Positions 24,921 to 38,429 of a stretch of DNA of 64,000 nucleotides are shown here, piece by piece. The stretch comes from Chlorokybus atmophyticus. Its lineage: Eukaryota > Plantae > Mesostigma and Chlorokybus algae. Where the stretch lies: contig RHPI01002069.1 of NCBI GenBank assembly GCA_009103225.1, forward strand, positions 2,628,846-2,692,845, read 5' to 3'. The notes beneath the pieces are model-generated. The model did no database searches, was not told the DNA's origin, and saw only the letters and a list, made by a program, of their open reading frames with translations. Position numbers and translations under genes: made by a program. The number at the start of each line of letters is the position of its first letter. Positions within the stretch are counted from its first letter, which is position 1.

Positions 24921-27678
24921 TTTATTCATGTGTTGTAATTTGCAAATGGCATGATTGTCAATAAATTATAGCCCTAACAAGTGATGCAGATAAAAGGATG
25001 GTCTCAAAGTTGAGGATCCGATATGATGCAAACGAAACAATACAAATGGAGTGATTGGTACATTCTGTTTGATAAATTGATAGGATTGCTTGTAAGGGTA
25101 AGAAAAGTTGGCAAATCTTCTCGCGATGCGTCTGTGTCTTACGTGAGAGGATGTTAAAATATACGCATCTTACGACGTATCGTGCCCGAATATTGCCATC
25201 GACTTTGCAAAGAATATGAAGATGAGTGCAGGCATGCTTGCTTAGCGCGATTGATCAATTCTTGTGCTACATTAAGGAAGCTGACATGAAATGAGATGAT
25301 TTGCAAAACGCACGGGGATGCTCTCCAGATTAAGGGCTCAATCCGCCTTTGAGGCAAGCCCGAATCCCCATGTATTATATAATACATATATGTCAAAACT
25401 ATGTTATCATAATGCAATATCTCGTGGCTTACATGTGTTATTACATATACGCCAACTCAGATAGACGAGGAGAGGTTATGTCCCTCAGTTGCAGAGATTG
25501 ACCAGTTTAAATCTAATCTGCAAGCAGGCGTTTGCGACGACATGCGGTCGAGGAATAAATTAAAGCCGGTCGACTGCTAGTCGACCACCAGAATCATCGC
25601 GCTCGATATCGTTTGACCGTGCAATTGTCCAGATTGAACGGTGTTGGCAGGTTGAGACGCTCGATGTTACCAATCATCTGGCGGCGGCACGACGTGGGCG
25701 CGCTGCATTGCAGCACCCCCTGCTCACAACTTCTAAAGGACTTGCTGCAGGTAGAGCATCTGGAAGCCCGCGGCTATGCAACATGCTCGGCTTGGTACGT
25801 CATGTCTATAGCAATACGGAGCTTCCTTGGGTTAAGAGTTATTGAGTATGCTTTTGGTAACAGAAACGTGATTGCTTGGTCTTAATGTGCAGTGAGGAGA
25901 AAATGGCATCAGCTCTTGGGTCGGTATTAATTCTTAGCCTGCCAGCCTTAGACCGTTGAAGAGGGTACCACGACTGCTTGACAAGTACCGAAGAAGATAA
26001 GCCATTGCATCATGGTGGTTGCAGTCTGTAAGCCTAAATAACATAGAAGCACAGAGTGGAGTTTGTGCGAAGGGTGCGTATCTTATTTCCTTGTTTGGAT
26101 ATACCTCATTTACCATCTTTTATGTTCATGTCGGTACACTGGTTAAAATGCGGAATCAACCGCAGCTTTAATCGCTTATACAAGTTGCTATTATCTCACA
26201 CGCGTGGAGCAAGGTTGCAAGGGGGTTTTTTAAGTACCATCCAAATGACGAAAGACATTGTCAAGCGAGACCAGATGATCGCATTGGAGTGCTTAGGCAA
26301 TCTCTTTGGAATATCGCAACCGAGCTTGTTTACAAGCCGGTAAGTAGGAAGCTTTTGTGTTTGCGCAAAATGCAATGCGTGTTGCAGTGCATGAAGCATG
26401 TTACATATGCAGGTGCTGGCACTCGAAGACACGTGAAGCCCCCCGATTTTTAAACCTTTCGCATCCACTATGAAAGTCCGCATCCGCATGGTTGGGCTGC
26501 GCCATGTCCTTTTTGCCCTCATTCATTTCCTACTCCTAATGCATCACGTCTTTCAACAATCTTTCATCCTTGCGCTTTTCCAAGTTCAATACCCGGCCTC
26601 CGGTTATATGCTTAGTCATTAGTATTAGTGGAAACAGAAAGGCTGCATATACGGCGGTATATGTAGCCTTTCTATTTTCTCTTCTTCTTCTGTTTACATG
26701 TGTGCATCTCATATTGATCTGCGTTCTTTCTTTGCGGGCCTTATGCACAACACTTTAATACATCTTGTGCTTACGCTTTAAACCAACAACATCACCTTTG
26801 TCGCAAACGGTCATCATTAATTCAAAGCGTTAAGTTTACTGTCAATGCACTGGTCAGGTCCTTGTGAGATGAGTCAAGCAGTTTAAATTGTTATAACACA
26901 CATACCCACATATGCGCAGGCATAGACACTTGCTCGGGCATGCACAACCACACGTACAGGCATGCCCAACCAAATGTACCCACACATAGTCACTTATAGA
27001 GGTAAACATGTGTGCGCATGCATGTGCACTCGTGTATGTGAAAGACGGGGCACGTGCGCATGCGTGGACTTTTGTTGCATGCAGGCTGTGCTGGACTTTG
27101 TGAAGCGGAACACAATGGTGTGATGACCGTGCTCATACGTCGCAAATATGACACGGTGACTGATCAAAGACTGACGGGTGAGCCTGAGCCTGCCTAAGCC
27201 TGCCTGCCGCTGCCTCGAATGTTACTTTTTGATTGTTGGGTTTGCCGTTGGCTTAAGTGGACTGACGCTAATGGCTGCGGGCCGAAAGGGGTTGTCAGTG
27301 GCACTGACAGGCCGAGAGTTGTCAATCAGTCACCTTTTGATCGATTTGCACAGACGGCCGTGAGCCGGTAGTCATGGACAGCTGACAGCAATAGCCGGCA
27401 GTCTTTGCCGCTACACTGCTGTTAATCTGTGAACCTTACCGTTTGACAAAAGTTGGCAATTCTTGCCGTAAGCCAACACCAACATGCCATGCAGCTTGTA
27501 CAAACCTTGGACTGCTTGTTTCGTCTTGCAATTTTAAGCCCACAATATATGCAATGTACCGGCAGTGGTGAGAGTATGTCCACTTGCAACTGAGCAGCCG
27601 ACTTGCGCATGAAACTACCCACAACATTGAAACTAGCTGTCGCACTCATGCGCAGCATATCAACCCGTGGTTCCTGCC

Positions 27679-28534
27679 TCAGAACTCCTCCTCAACCCGC
27701 TCCTCATGTTCCTCCTCCGACAAGTTTTCTGCTTCAACATTGGAGTCATTATCTGCCTCGCTCGCTGACAATACAGCGGCTACTTCGTCCTTCAACTTAA
27801 ATGTCAGTACCTTGCCGTGCATGCGCATGCGCTTAATGGTCGCTTTGAGAGTGACTAACTGCATTTGGTATTGCTGTAAAAGGCGTGCTGCCAGAGGATT
27901 AAACCATCAGCATACACATGCTTACCTCGTCTTCCGCTTTCTTGCACTCCGCTAGGCAGACAGTCAGCCTGCCGCGCTGCTCTTGGTTCACTCTGACCAA
28001 CATGGCAATCTGCAAGCATACTGCTTAATTGCCGCTGGAAACATAGAACTAGGTCATGAGTTACCCGCTCGTGGTACTCCGCATCTTCTCTTTTGCGACT
28101 TGTGAGCTCCCGCAAGTAGAAATAGGCTGTGCATTGCGAGATTGGTCATGATGTTTATGTGCATGACACTGGAGGCTGTGCATGAGGGTGTGCATGTTGT
28201 ATTGACAGTGTATGTCATGTGCAAGATACTTGAGGCTGTGCATGTGCAAGATAAAAGAACCCTAGCATGTGGCATTGACAATGCATTGTAACCCACTTTA
28301 ATTATGCCAGTTTTGTTTGGTCTCTTCAATTATGTCGCCGGTCGCAGCTGCTGGTGGGTCGGATGTTCTTAGAGGCAGTATTGTGGTGTGCCTTTGCCCA
28401 CTCGGAGGGGGAGTCTTGTAAGATATCACTCGAGTCACTGTTGTCATTGGCTGTGCCTTTGGTAGGCATGGTGGGTTTAACACCAAGGACACCCCACCGG
28501 CACCTTGCCCGCCCTATGCGAACATGGGCTTCAT
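27679..28534 (-). pseudogene. Accessory coiled-coil gene, copy 2
   Basis: Homologous to 5141-5996 (LVTLKATIKRMRMHGKVLTFKLKDE..), with an early in-frame stop (MKPMFA*). Confidence 0.8.
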
Positions 28535-29006
28535 CCCGGACCTTGACCACAACGCCCACTACGCCCCTGGCAGTGCCGCTAACGATCCACCAAACGCCAC
28601 ATACCCTCGGCATCACCGCCCTGTAAGGGCATGACTTGGCGGAGCCATCAATGGTGTTTTCATGCGCAGGGACTGGCATTGCCAGCACTTGTCAATGGTA
28701 CGAACTGCCATTGCTACTATGCAAAGGTATCGTTGAAATGGTACCTTTTGGCAAAGGCATCCTCGTACCATTGAAATGGTTCAATCAGGATATTTATGCA
28801 GACTCACCCCACCCTGGATGTGTAATGGCAATCGTACCATGGTAATGATACGACGGAGCCGTTACGCCAGTGAATGGCGGCCAGGTTTTCCGCCTCTGGC
28901 ATGCAAGGGTAGCGGCGGCAGTGGCGGCGGAGGCGGCGGCGCGTGTTGCTGGATATAATGATGCAGATTACATTGGCAACACTTGTGTCGACGTCAGTAG
29001 TGAGCT

Positions 29007-32000
29007 ATGCAAGTCCTTTGTCCATATTGCCACATGCGCTTCGCCACACACACGGTCTACATGCACATTGTTTGCAACAGGGTGTGCAAGCAAATCAAGC
29101 TGTATGTTGACCAGCGTCCATTACAGTACGATGCGGGTCATGCTAAACTGGGGAGTTCAATCCAGGATGCGCACATGCTTAAATGCTGAAGGACCCCTCT
29201 AGGAGACACACGCACAGCATCAACAGAAGGAGGAGGAAGTGAACTAGGGCTTTTGATGTGTGCGTGTGCCTGAGAAACCTGTGGCACGCCTACATGGAAG
29301 TGGAGGCGTCCCTTCGCACACGCACACGTCGGAATCCAGGTGGTATGGCTCGGAGCATGCTCTTGCAGTGGCATTCGTGCAGTGCAACAACGGCCAAGGC
29401 CTGTCGGCATCCGACATGGGGCGGATCATCAAATGCATCCGAAATGCACACTTCTTGACGGAAGAGCTCCAGTGGGAGATCGGTGTGCAGGTGACCAGCT
29501 ACCTCCGTACCACAATTGCTTTCTCAGTCTGAGGTGTGTTCATGATGTGCGATGCATGTGCTTCAACCATCAGAGCCATGTCGCATATGCACATGCGAGT
29601 GTGCTGCCGTATCAGAACTACGTGACAGCTGACCTACGCAAGTCTGAAGACCCTGAGGATCAGAACATCAGCATCACATATATGTCGGCCAAGGTCGAAA
29701 TGCAGTATCTAATGCAGTATCTATGCAGTATCTAATCTGAGGCCAGCATGCCTGTTAGTGCCCTTGGTCGAAGCAGGTGTGGCTCGCGCGGTTGTGTGGC
29801 AATCCACATGCCGCGAATGGCTTCAATCTCTAGTACATTGTGGTGACGAGCACAGCTTTGGCCATCCTTCCATGGGCGATTGGTGGAAGGATGTGGAGGT
29901 GGTTCTAAGGAGAGAGGTGGGGGAAGCGTCCTACATGGCTCATGCCGTTCTGTACAGTGACAAGACCACGCTGGACAGCGCGGGCAAGCGCTCTTGTTAC
30001 CCTCTGATGGCACCACTTGCCAACTACAGTTGGGACATGTATGCTAGCAACATGGGGGTTGTTATCATAGCGCTTTTGCTGGCGGTTGACGCAGTGGCCG
30101 GGCATCCCACCTGGGCGTTGAGCAAGGAATCGTTCTCATTTCAGAAACGTGAGATTTTTCATGACGCTTTCAATGTAGTGGTAGGGGATATGAAGCGGGC
30201 GAGCTAGGAAGGTCTGCAGCTCATCGACCTGAATGGCATCGAGCGTCGTGTGTTTACTGAACTTGCCAACTACATCAGCGACTTGCGAATAGTGGGCATG
30301 CATGGTTGTGATTGGATGCAGCCTGCCAGCAAACAATCCATGGAGGATGTTGTCAATGGAGCATCTGAGTTTGTTGTGTTGCAGGAGACTGCCACACTTG
30401 CACGCACTGTGTTGGGCAACCAAACACGACATTCTTGCAATGTTTGTCTCATAACCAAATCAGATCTGTTGAAACCGGATGAGGACCGGGAATTGAGAAC
30501 CGAGACTTTCTACACACCAGCAATACGTCAGCTGTGGGCGGACCTACATAGCGGTGTTAGGAATGCATGCCAGACAGTCAAGGCTTTCAAAGAGCAGCAC
30601 TCCATGCATGTCGAGGAGGTAATGGTCAAATTACCGGCATTCGCGAGGATGAAAGGCTTTCCGTGTAACCAGGCAATATGGGTTGGCAACAGAATGCATT
30701 GTGGGGTTGGCGACAGACTCGGGTGCCCAAAGCTGATTGCTACTCTCTTCTTGCCCCTGACGCAATGCATGTGCTGAAAGACATCATTAACCACCTGCTT
30801 GCTGCTGTGTACGACGCTGCGAAGGAACGACTGCGTCCATTCACGAGACAGATTCTGCAAGCCAAGCACGTCTTTGGTGTTGCTTCTGTGTTGAACACAA
30901 AAGCCAACCACTTGTGGTCACAAGCAGATGTGCACAGGCCAAATGCATGTAAGGCGACTCTACGGGTTTCGCACTTCAAGGCACCCACAAGCACAGTAGA
31001 TTTCTTCCTGTCCAGCCAATCCTTTTAGGTGGTGGAGAAAGTGGCGGTGCTGCAGCTGCTGCCGGTCCTTGCAGACGGTTTGCTGCTCGACAGTAAGGGC
31101 AACGATTTCTTCACCATTGCTGCCGCATCGCTTGCCAAGTGGAATAGAAAGATGCTCAAAGCGTATGAACACACAAGAGAGACCCTGACCACAGCCGACA
31201 ACGAGCTGGCTGCCTTCAAATCTGCAGTGTTGCATCCGCTACTGTCGTTGTATTCCACACAAGGGTCAGGTTGGAAGATTGAGAAGATGCCTCGGCTCAC
31301 TCATTTTGGGCCAGCAATTGTCTGCAGTGGACACCTTGATTGGTTCAGCGCCAACAGCATAGAGCAGACGCACGCCCAAAATATCAAACAGTGGGCGCGT
31401 GGTGGCAACAACCGGGACTACAAGGCGCGTATCCTGAAGGAATGAAGCTGTGCGGAATATGCGACAGAGGATGGCATGGTTGTGGATTCCGAGATGCGCT
31501 CGATCATGGCGTAGGCGCGGCAGCAGCGCTGTAATGTACTAAAGAAGACGGACAAGTTGCTACGGATGGATGTGCTGAAAAGGAGGGAGTTTAGCCCGTA
31601 CTGGAGCGGTTCTGCGCGTAACCGCCAAGTCGCCCTGAAGACTCCTTCGCCGACAAGCTGCCTGCCACCCTGAACAGCTGGGTGAGGAGGGAACAAATGG
31701 AGTTGGCCGACGGGTGGCATGCTGTTCGCATGATGAACAAAGGCGCAGCGGTGTACATGACACTCGGAGTTAGCATGGCGCGCGCAATTGGGATGTGCCG
31801 TGGGCGGCCTTGGTTCTCTACACTTGAGTTGGAAGGTGATGAGGATGGTGTGAACGTGACGTGGTGGGCTCAGGCAAACCTTTTTTTGCGCGTGGTGGTG
31901 TGGGGTGGTAGCGGCAAGCGCGTGTGGAAGGTGGTCGTGTTGTCCGCTGGTACACAAAGCTGTATGTGACGAGCGACACAAAGTGCATTGCTCTGGAATG

Positions 32001-32134
32001 GGAAAAGCGTCGAGGGGGTCCACATCTCGATGTCGTGAAACGGCATTGCCCAGCTTCTCCCTATGTTTAACAAGGACAGAGCCTGTGTACAAGAGGGCAA
32101 GTATTAGGTGAACTTTCACTGCACTGCCACGTGA
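29007..32134 (+). pseudogene. Plavaka transposase, copy 2 (stops and frameshifts)
   Basis: Homologous to 1483-4625 (GDWWKDVE, LYSDKTTLDSAGKR, FSANSIEQTH), with TGG>TAG/TGA stops and indels. Confidence 0.88.
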
Positions 32135-32330
32135 CACATGTACTTGTCTCACTACTCTAAGTTTGGAGCATATCAGTCACTTAGGCATTGCTAATCGTAT
32201 GCTAAGACTTTTGCATGTGGACGTGTACAATATCGGGCAGCTGTCATTGCACAACTGTCACCACAATTGAATGTTGAATGCAACAATTAGTCATCTGTGT
32301 GCCATTAAGCATTAATACAGTGCACCACAC

Positions 32331-34038
32331 TCAAGCCTCATAGTTTCATGATATAGAAGGGGAGTCACAGCGCATATCCATTGTTTCAAGCATGAGACGC
32401 CCTACGCACTCCGCCATTGCGGGAGCAACTGCATTCGCTATGGTAACGGCCGAGGTCATCCATGGCACTCCTAGCGCTGTTTGCCATGCAACAATGCCGC
32501 CCCTGGTGCTTGGAAGGCTATAGACCGGGTACATTTGCTGTGGCGCGTTTAATGTCACAATTGTCTTCTTCGCGCTAGCGGACATATGCGGTAATAGCAG
32601 TCTAACCGTCTTGCCCGTGTGCGAGCAGCGTGCTGGTGCGGTAGCTACCACTGGCTGTGTTCAAAACAGACGGTGTCGGAAGGTTGATAGGCCAAACATT
32701 GTGCCACAAAGGGACAGATTGGGTCTGAATGAGGAAGCTGCTCCTGGCACATTCTCAATGACAAACTTGACCTGGCTTGCAAGCAGCAGATGTCGGACGA
32801 GCGATATCATAACGTGGTGACTCCAAGATGTGCCATGTGCCGCCCGTTGAGGTGCCGAGATAGCACCTATATAGGCCTGGCATGGTGGACTGACCCATAT
32901 GAGCTCGTACTTGCTCAGCTCTCCTGCACTCATGGTGCATACATCGCAGTGTATGAAGGGCAGCGGGTACTCAGAGGAGGGACTTATGTCCATCCCGGTC
33001 ACGTCAAAGCCTGCGTGATATAGATCGACACTGGCACCGTCACCGCAACAGGTTGAGTGCCCTTGGTCTATGTGTGCGTCCAAGCTTGTTGTCAAATGGT
33101 GTGTATGTGGTCAAGGCTGGCTGTGGTGCTGGCCAGGGACCAACAATGATGCCATCCGGGCTTACTTTGCGACTGACATTCTCCCCTCCGGCGCGCAAAA
33201 CATGGCGTGCCCCGTCAACTGATGTGTACGCGAATACGTTGTGCCCTTTGAAGTTGATGGTTTGTAGTCAATTAAATACTATACGCTGCTGCCCTGCAAA
33301 GCCATTTTCTATTGCACCATGCATATATGACGTCCTCCAATCTCGCACGCCAGGAAGCGATGCTGACCTGACACTTGCTTAGTTCATCCGCAACGTCCGC
33401 ATACCATTCCCCATCCAGCGGCCAATGCACCATGACACTCACACCGATCAGCTGCTCGCATTTCAACTTAACTGCGTTCCGCAGCCAGTGCAGTGCGCTG
33501 TCCAACGGTTAATGGTTTGCCTTCTCTACAGCGGCTAGGGTGGGGAACTGCCCACGCCCGTGTCCTGGAAGACTGCTTTGAATGTGACAATAGCTTCAAC
33601 ATGCATGAAATAAGCATACGCCCAACATAACATGCAGTGATACGTCGCTGTCCAATCTGCTGAACCTCAACAGCATCCACCACCTGTCCACCAACCACAT
33701 GTCCCGGTGTTGTCCATGTGAAGAAGCGCATGGGTTCCCCTCGCCACTCGAAGCATGAATGCGAGCACGATTCGCACACGCACTGCACGCAATGGAAAAA
33801 CTCGGGTTCCTTGCACAGCACTTTGCCGAGGCGGCAACCAAACACATCGACATTGTGTGGGGTGATGCCAGCAAGCAGCACTACAACCGTGGCACACTGT
33901 CTGCACTCGCTGGCATTCGGTCAAGTGTGCTCGCATTTGCTGCCTACGGCCAGTGGCACATACGTATGCATTGCATTGTGGGCACAGCAAGCATGGTCTC
34001 CTAGGTGAGGGGGATTTAACTGCTGCCGCCAACATCAT
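32331..34038 (-). pseudogene. Cys-rich + Tudor + C5-MTase gene, copy 2
   Basis: Homologous to 2-1279. Motif I is broken by small deletions while SPPCQ and ENV are retained. The 5' part absent from copy 1 reads CPQCNAYVCATGRRQQMRAHLTECQRVQTVCHGC (zinc-finger-like). Confidence 0.85.
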
Positions 34039-34439
34039 GCGAAATGTGAATCGGCACGGCTGCCCACAAACTGAGTGAGACTTTAGGGTATGGGCATCAA
34101 TCTAGGGTTGCCAGCTTACGAACCCTAAATGAGTCACACTTTAAGAAGCACGATTGAACCGTGGACGGTATTATAGTACCATTTATGATACTACATCAAC
34201 ATGAATGGTACTCCATCCACTAATGGTACTAGTGTACAAGGCTACTCGCATACTACCACGATGGTAGAGTAATACTGTGCTGTCATCCCGTGCAACTCAG
34301 AGCGCTGTCCAAGTTTGTTGCTGTCGACCACGCTCTGAACCTGCAAGGTGTGCAAGCCATGCACTAATTTAGGCGCCGGGCAGTCATCATACACATGTAC
34401 AGCCAATGCTGCTGACAACAGCAAATCTCGGGTGCACCA

Positions 34440-37363
34440 TGCTGCAATTATACACGCACCTACTTGGTTCGCAGGTGTTCAACACAACACTACGGTACAT
34501 GCACAATCGTCATCAAGGCGGGGCCCAAATCACCGCCGACACATTGGCGTCTTGCAGCAGGTGTGGCGACTAAAACGGGTGGGGTTGCTTGCACATGGGA
34601 CACGCTTGTAGCTCCTTTGATTTATTTGCCACATGCTTCCGCTGGAATATAATGCACATGGCACAATCCTTTCTTGCAACAGGGCGTCTCCCCATCCGCT
34701 GGGGGGGTGAGCTCTTCAATGCAACAGTTCAGCACGCATGGTGCACGCGGTGTGCAAGCTGCCTCGGCCACAAAACTATGGCCACCACAAAACTATGGCC
34801 ACCAAACTATGTTATCTCGTTGGAGGCGCAGCGACTCCTATCTGAATGGCGAAGCATACCGCTATATTGCCTGCCCAATCACCCGACGCCCATCTGCCGC
34901 CATACGCCACCTGCTAGTCTTGGTGGTCTCGTGCAGCATGCGTTCATCCAGGCCCTCGACATGGCTGTCGTTACTCGTGTAATTGCCCGCATCGCCCATT
35001 TCTTTAAACTTTCACAGAATCAGCTCGACGTGCCGTATGATATACAGCCACTGCCAGTCAAAGCATGTCAAGTACAGCTCGAATGGTTTTACTTGCCACC
35101 TAGTATATTTGCTCAGGTAGTGGCACACATCTCGACCTGCATCAGTCAACATCAACAGGTACATCTGTTGCAGCAGGTCAATGTTCTGCTCCGCGGATAG
35201 CTCTTGCACATTGCCGGGTTGCTGCGGCAGCATCAACACCATAATATCGAGGACGGCGAGGGGCAACAACGTACTACGGATGGCCATGTCGTGTTTGGGT
35301 TCCAACCACGGCCAATCCCCATAGGTATGTTTAAACCGCACTCTCCGTGTTTGCTCCCACTTATTGCATACTTTCGTCACCCACATAAAGGCATGCCGCA
35401 TGCAGTGATGCAGCGCTTCTTGGGCGTATTGTAGGGCGATCAACTCATTTGCACTACGAGTCAGCCCTTCAAAGCGTCTGCGCGTCGGTGCTTTGAGCTT
35501 AGGCAGCTCGTGCCGCACCGGCTGTCTCTCTATGGACGATGCTAAGCAGCCACATGACGTTGTAAACCCGCCTGTGCCTACTTCAGACACACAGTCAGCC
35601 CCAATGAGGCTTCAAGGCGCTGTGCTTCTTCTATCTACATTGCAACGATGCCTCACCTTTGCTTTCTTGGTCCTGGCAGCGTCCCTTGTTCCAACAACCT
35701 GCTTCTTTGTTAGGGGGGTCAATCTGCACATTCTTGCAGGCGCCCTTGGCATTGTCACTTAGAGGAGGTAAGGCGTTGGTTTCTTGCTCTGCAGCCTTGC
35801 GCTTGTTGGTTGCCTCCCGTTCCTCCACAACCTGATGTTGCTTTACGAGGTCGAGCACGAAGCCTTTATATTTCAGCGCAGCTTTCACGACACCTCGATC
35901 AGTCTCTTTACCAACAAGACAGGCTGATATCAATGTGGCAAGCGTGTCTTAATGCCGCGGAAGGTGGACGCGCTCTGGCTACGAGGGGAGCAGGTGCGGC
36001 ATGTGAGACCACTTTTGCATGCAGCAAGGGGGGCTGTATATAAGACCCGGGATAAGATGGCTCCCTATGTTGCAAAGGACGAATATAAGCTTATGCAGTG
36101 CCTGACGCATTGTTACCAAGACACAAACATAAAAGACAGCGACTTACCTCAATGGCTCGTAGGCTGCATGGAGCAGGGGAAGCGATGGGGGCTAACAAGG
36201 TGGTATTTGGGTGCACTCTCCCCGCCACCCTCAATTGCAGACTTGTCACGGAGCTCGTGAGCCATGGGCACAGGATGCGCCACTGCTCCAATGGACCTGT
36301 CGGGATTCAACAGGCCAACATGCATGTTACACTGATGCCGCATTGCCGCCGCGCCCATCAGCAAGTGAGATTGAAGGACCAGTTGATGGGATTGAATCTA
36401 GGCTTGCATATAGGAGCTTCAACAGGACCTAGTGCACTGTGGTGTTGTCAACCAATCACATGTGGGATAGCTGCATGCTTGCGACACGGCAATTGCAATA
36501 GTCAACTGCGTCACACCGTCATCCGATGAGTCAGTTGGTTGCTTTGAAACATTACATGCGGCATTGCTGGTTGATGCGCGAATGATTGCATGGATTGCGT
36601 CATTGCTGGTTGATGCACCACTAGTTGAATGCCGGACGAATGGCCACGCGCTCTTGTGCTCAAACCCAGCCTACTTCGTTCGGCACGCGCACGCGACTTC
36701 GCACGCTTACGCACATCCTAGCATGCAAAGGTAGGCACGCATTGGAGGTGCATGCAGTTAACATGCACATCAAGATAGGCAACAACATACCGCCGCCCAG
36801 CTCTGTCTATCTGCTCTGGCTTCCGCAATGTCGGCTTTACCGTGGGGTGGGTATGGGTGAATAGTGGAGGCCTGCAGCCACGCTACATCTATCACATGGA
36901 CTAAGCCCAAAACAAAAAATGCTCTTGCAAGGAAATGCATATGACTGTTTAGCGTACCTCTGCATTCCTTTGTGCAAATTCCCACGCAATTGGTCGCGCA
37001 TGGTTCTGACAAAGGGCTCTAAGGACTGCAGCTCATGATCCACTCCGTGTTGCAGAAAGCGAGCCACCAAGCAGCTCTCTGTGTGAAGATGGTCTTAATG
37101 GCTTGTTTGTTGGATTGTCCACTGTTGGTGATGCATGTTGGACAACCCCATTGCTGACGCCTGCCATGATCCATGACATGGCGCCCGGTATTAGCTAGCT
37201 TCGCTGCTTGAACTCTTACGACCACAACTTTTCGCAAGATGTGCCGCTGCCGCCGCCGCCGCCGCCTCCTCCTACTCCGAGTCCTCCGCCTCCTAGTCGA
37301 ACCCAGGTCTACTACGCCTGACATTCGAGCCGTTATTGACCTGATGCCCCTGCGTGCCATCAT
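34440..37363 (-). pseudogene. Unidentified decayed multi-exon gene, possible third cargo gene of the Plavaka element
   Basis: Interrupted frames (192-aa ORF 35012-35590, 100-aa ORF 35631-35933), splice-like sites and a Cys-rich end (CTPRAPCVLNCC..PCCKKGLCHVH). The upstream palindrome array matches the element's motif. Confidence 0.4.
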
Positions 37364-37429
37364 CCGGCCATCAATGAAGCTGTTTGAGTGAGTGCACGCT
37401 CACTCCCATTAGAGCTAATCAAGCAATGC

Positions 37430-37565
37430 CTCCGTCGTACCATGGATGGTACGACAGAGCCATAGTACGCCAATGGCTGGGTTGGACGAGAGATGCCTTT
37501 GTCGTACCATGTTACGCCCAAGCCATTGTTACCCTTGGTTGTACGAAGCATGGATGGTACGAATG
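37430..37565. promoter_or_regulatory. CGTACCAT/ATGGTACG palindrome array
   Basis: CGTACCAT-gg-ATGGTACG at about 37436-37453 plus further half-sites. Confidence 0.45.
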
Positions 37566-38429
37566 CATAAGTCATACATCAACCATAGGAGAAGGGCGCA
37601 CTACAAGTGCGACTTGTCATGCCTATCGCCCAAGCATGCCAGTCGTCATCGGGCATGCCTACAGCAAGACCCTCGCCCGGCTTACCAGCATGGCAACCCG
37701 CGCGCGCCTCTGACCAGTAGCTAGGTCATGTCCCTAGAGGAGCTCGTGACCATAGCCTGCATGGGCACCGCGCGTAGCTGTTCAGTTGTGGGTTCAGTTA
37801 TAAGTCCGGTTCTATATCGAGTGGGCATTTCCTGTGGAAATAGCCTCGATATGACCGTTAGCTTATGTTCTGGACAGTCATGAGTTGACTTGTATAAGTA
37901 GGCACAGTGTTCACCGGATCAGCTGGTGACACTGTAAGTGAGAAAGCTAAGAGCTTGTGAAGCGACTTGAACTACGAACACACCGTCCTGGTTCCCAAGA
38001 ATCCCCTCACCGTGTGAGAGCCTGTGCATGTTCTTGTGCACTGTGCTTGTTCTTGCTGTGAGCTTTGTGTACTTGGTCGGGATGTGCTTGTTGGCATCAG
38101 TCAGGGCATAGCATCCACGTGTTGCTTGCTCATTCACCTCACTTAACAGTGTAATTCCTCTCCCACTCACGCAAAGAACTGTGTAAACGGCACTACCTAT
38201 AGTAGTGGCTTGTTGACTTACAGTGTCACCCTCTTTGCTCAAGTGAGTGTAGTTGCAAGCTATACATCAGCATCGCAAGCTGTAGTTGTACACATCACAG
38301 TGCAGTGTTGTCACCTTCATCGCATAGCGCGCACAAGCGCTAGTGTGTTGGGTGATAGCAGCACTGGAGATCCCATTGTAGAACACAAACACTCTACCCT
38401 TCATCCACTTTCACCATCGCACCAGCTGT

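Larger units (their letters stand above)
27152..34270 (+). mobile_element. Plavaka/CMC-type DNA transposon, copy 2 (decayed, inverted relative to copy 1; may extend to about 37600)
   Basis: Starts CACGGTGACTGA and is collinear with the reverse complement of 1-6545 up to about 33593, then continues into the MTase 5' region. Confidence 0.85.

Noticed and set aside
34440-37363. TET/JBP dioxygenase, as expected from fungal Plavaka/KDZ elements
   Set aside because: No HxD...H...RxS signature found in the readable frames.
38006-38016. TCACCGTGT as the far TIR of Plavaka copy 2
   Set aside because: Only 9 bp match, with no subterminal similarity and no TSD. GCACCGTG near 48070 was rejected for the same reasons.
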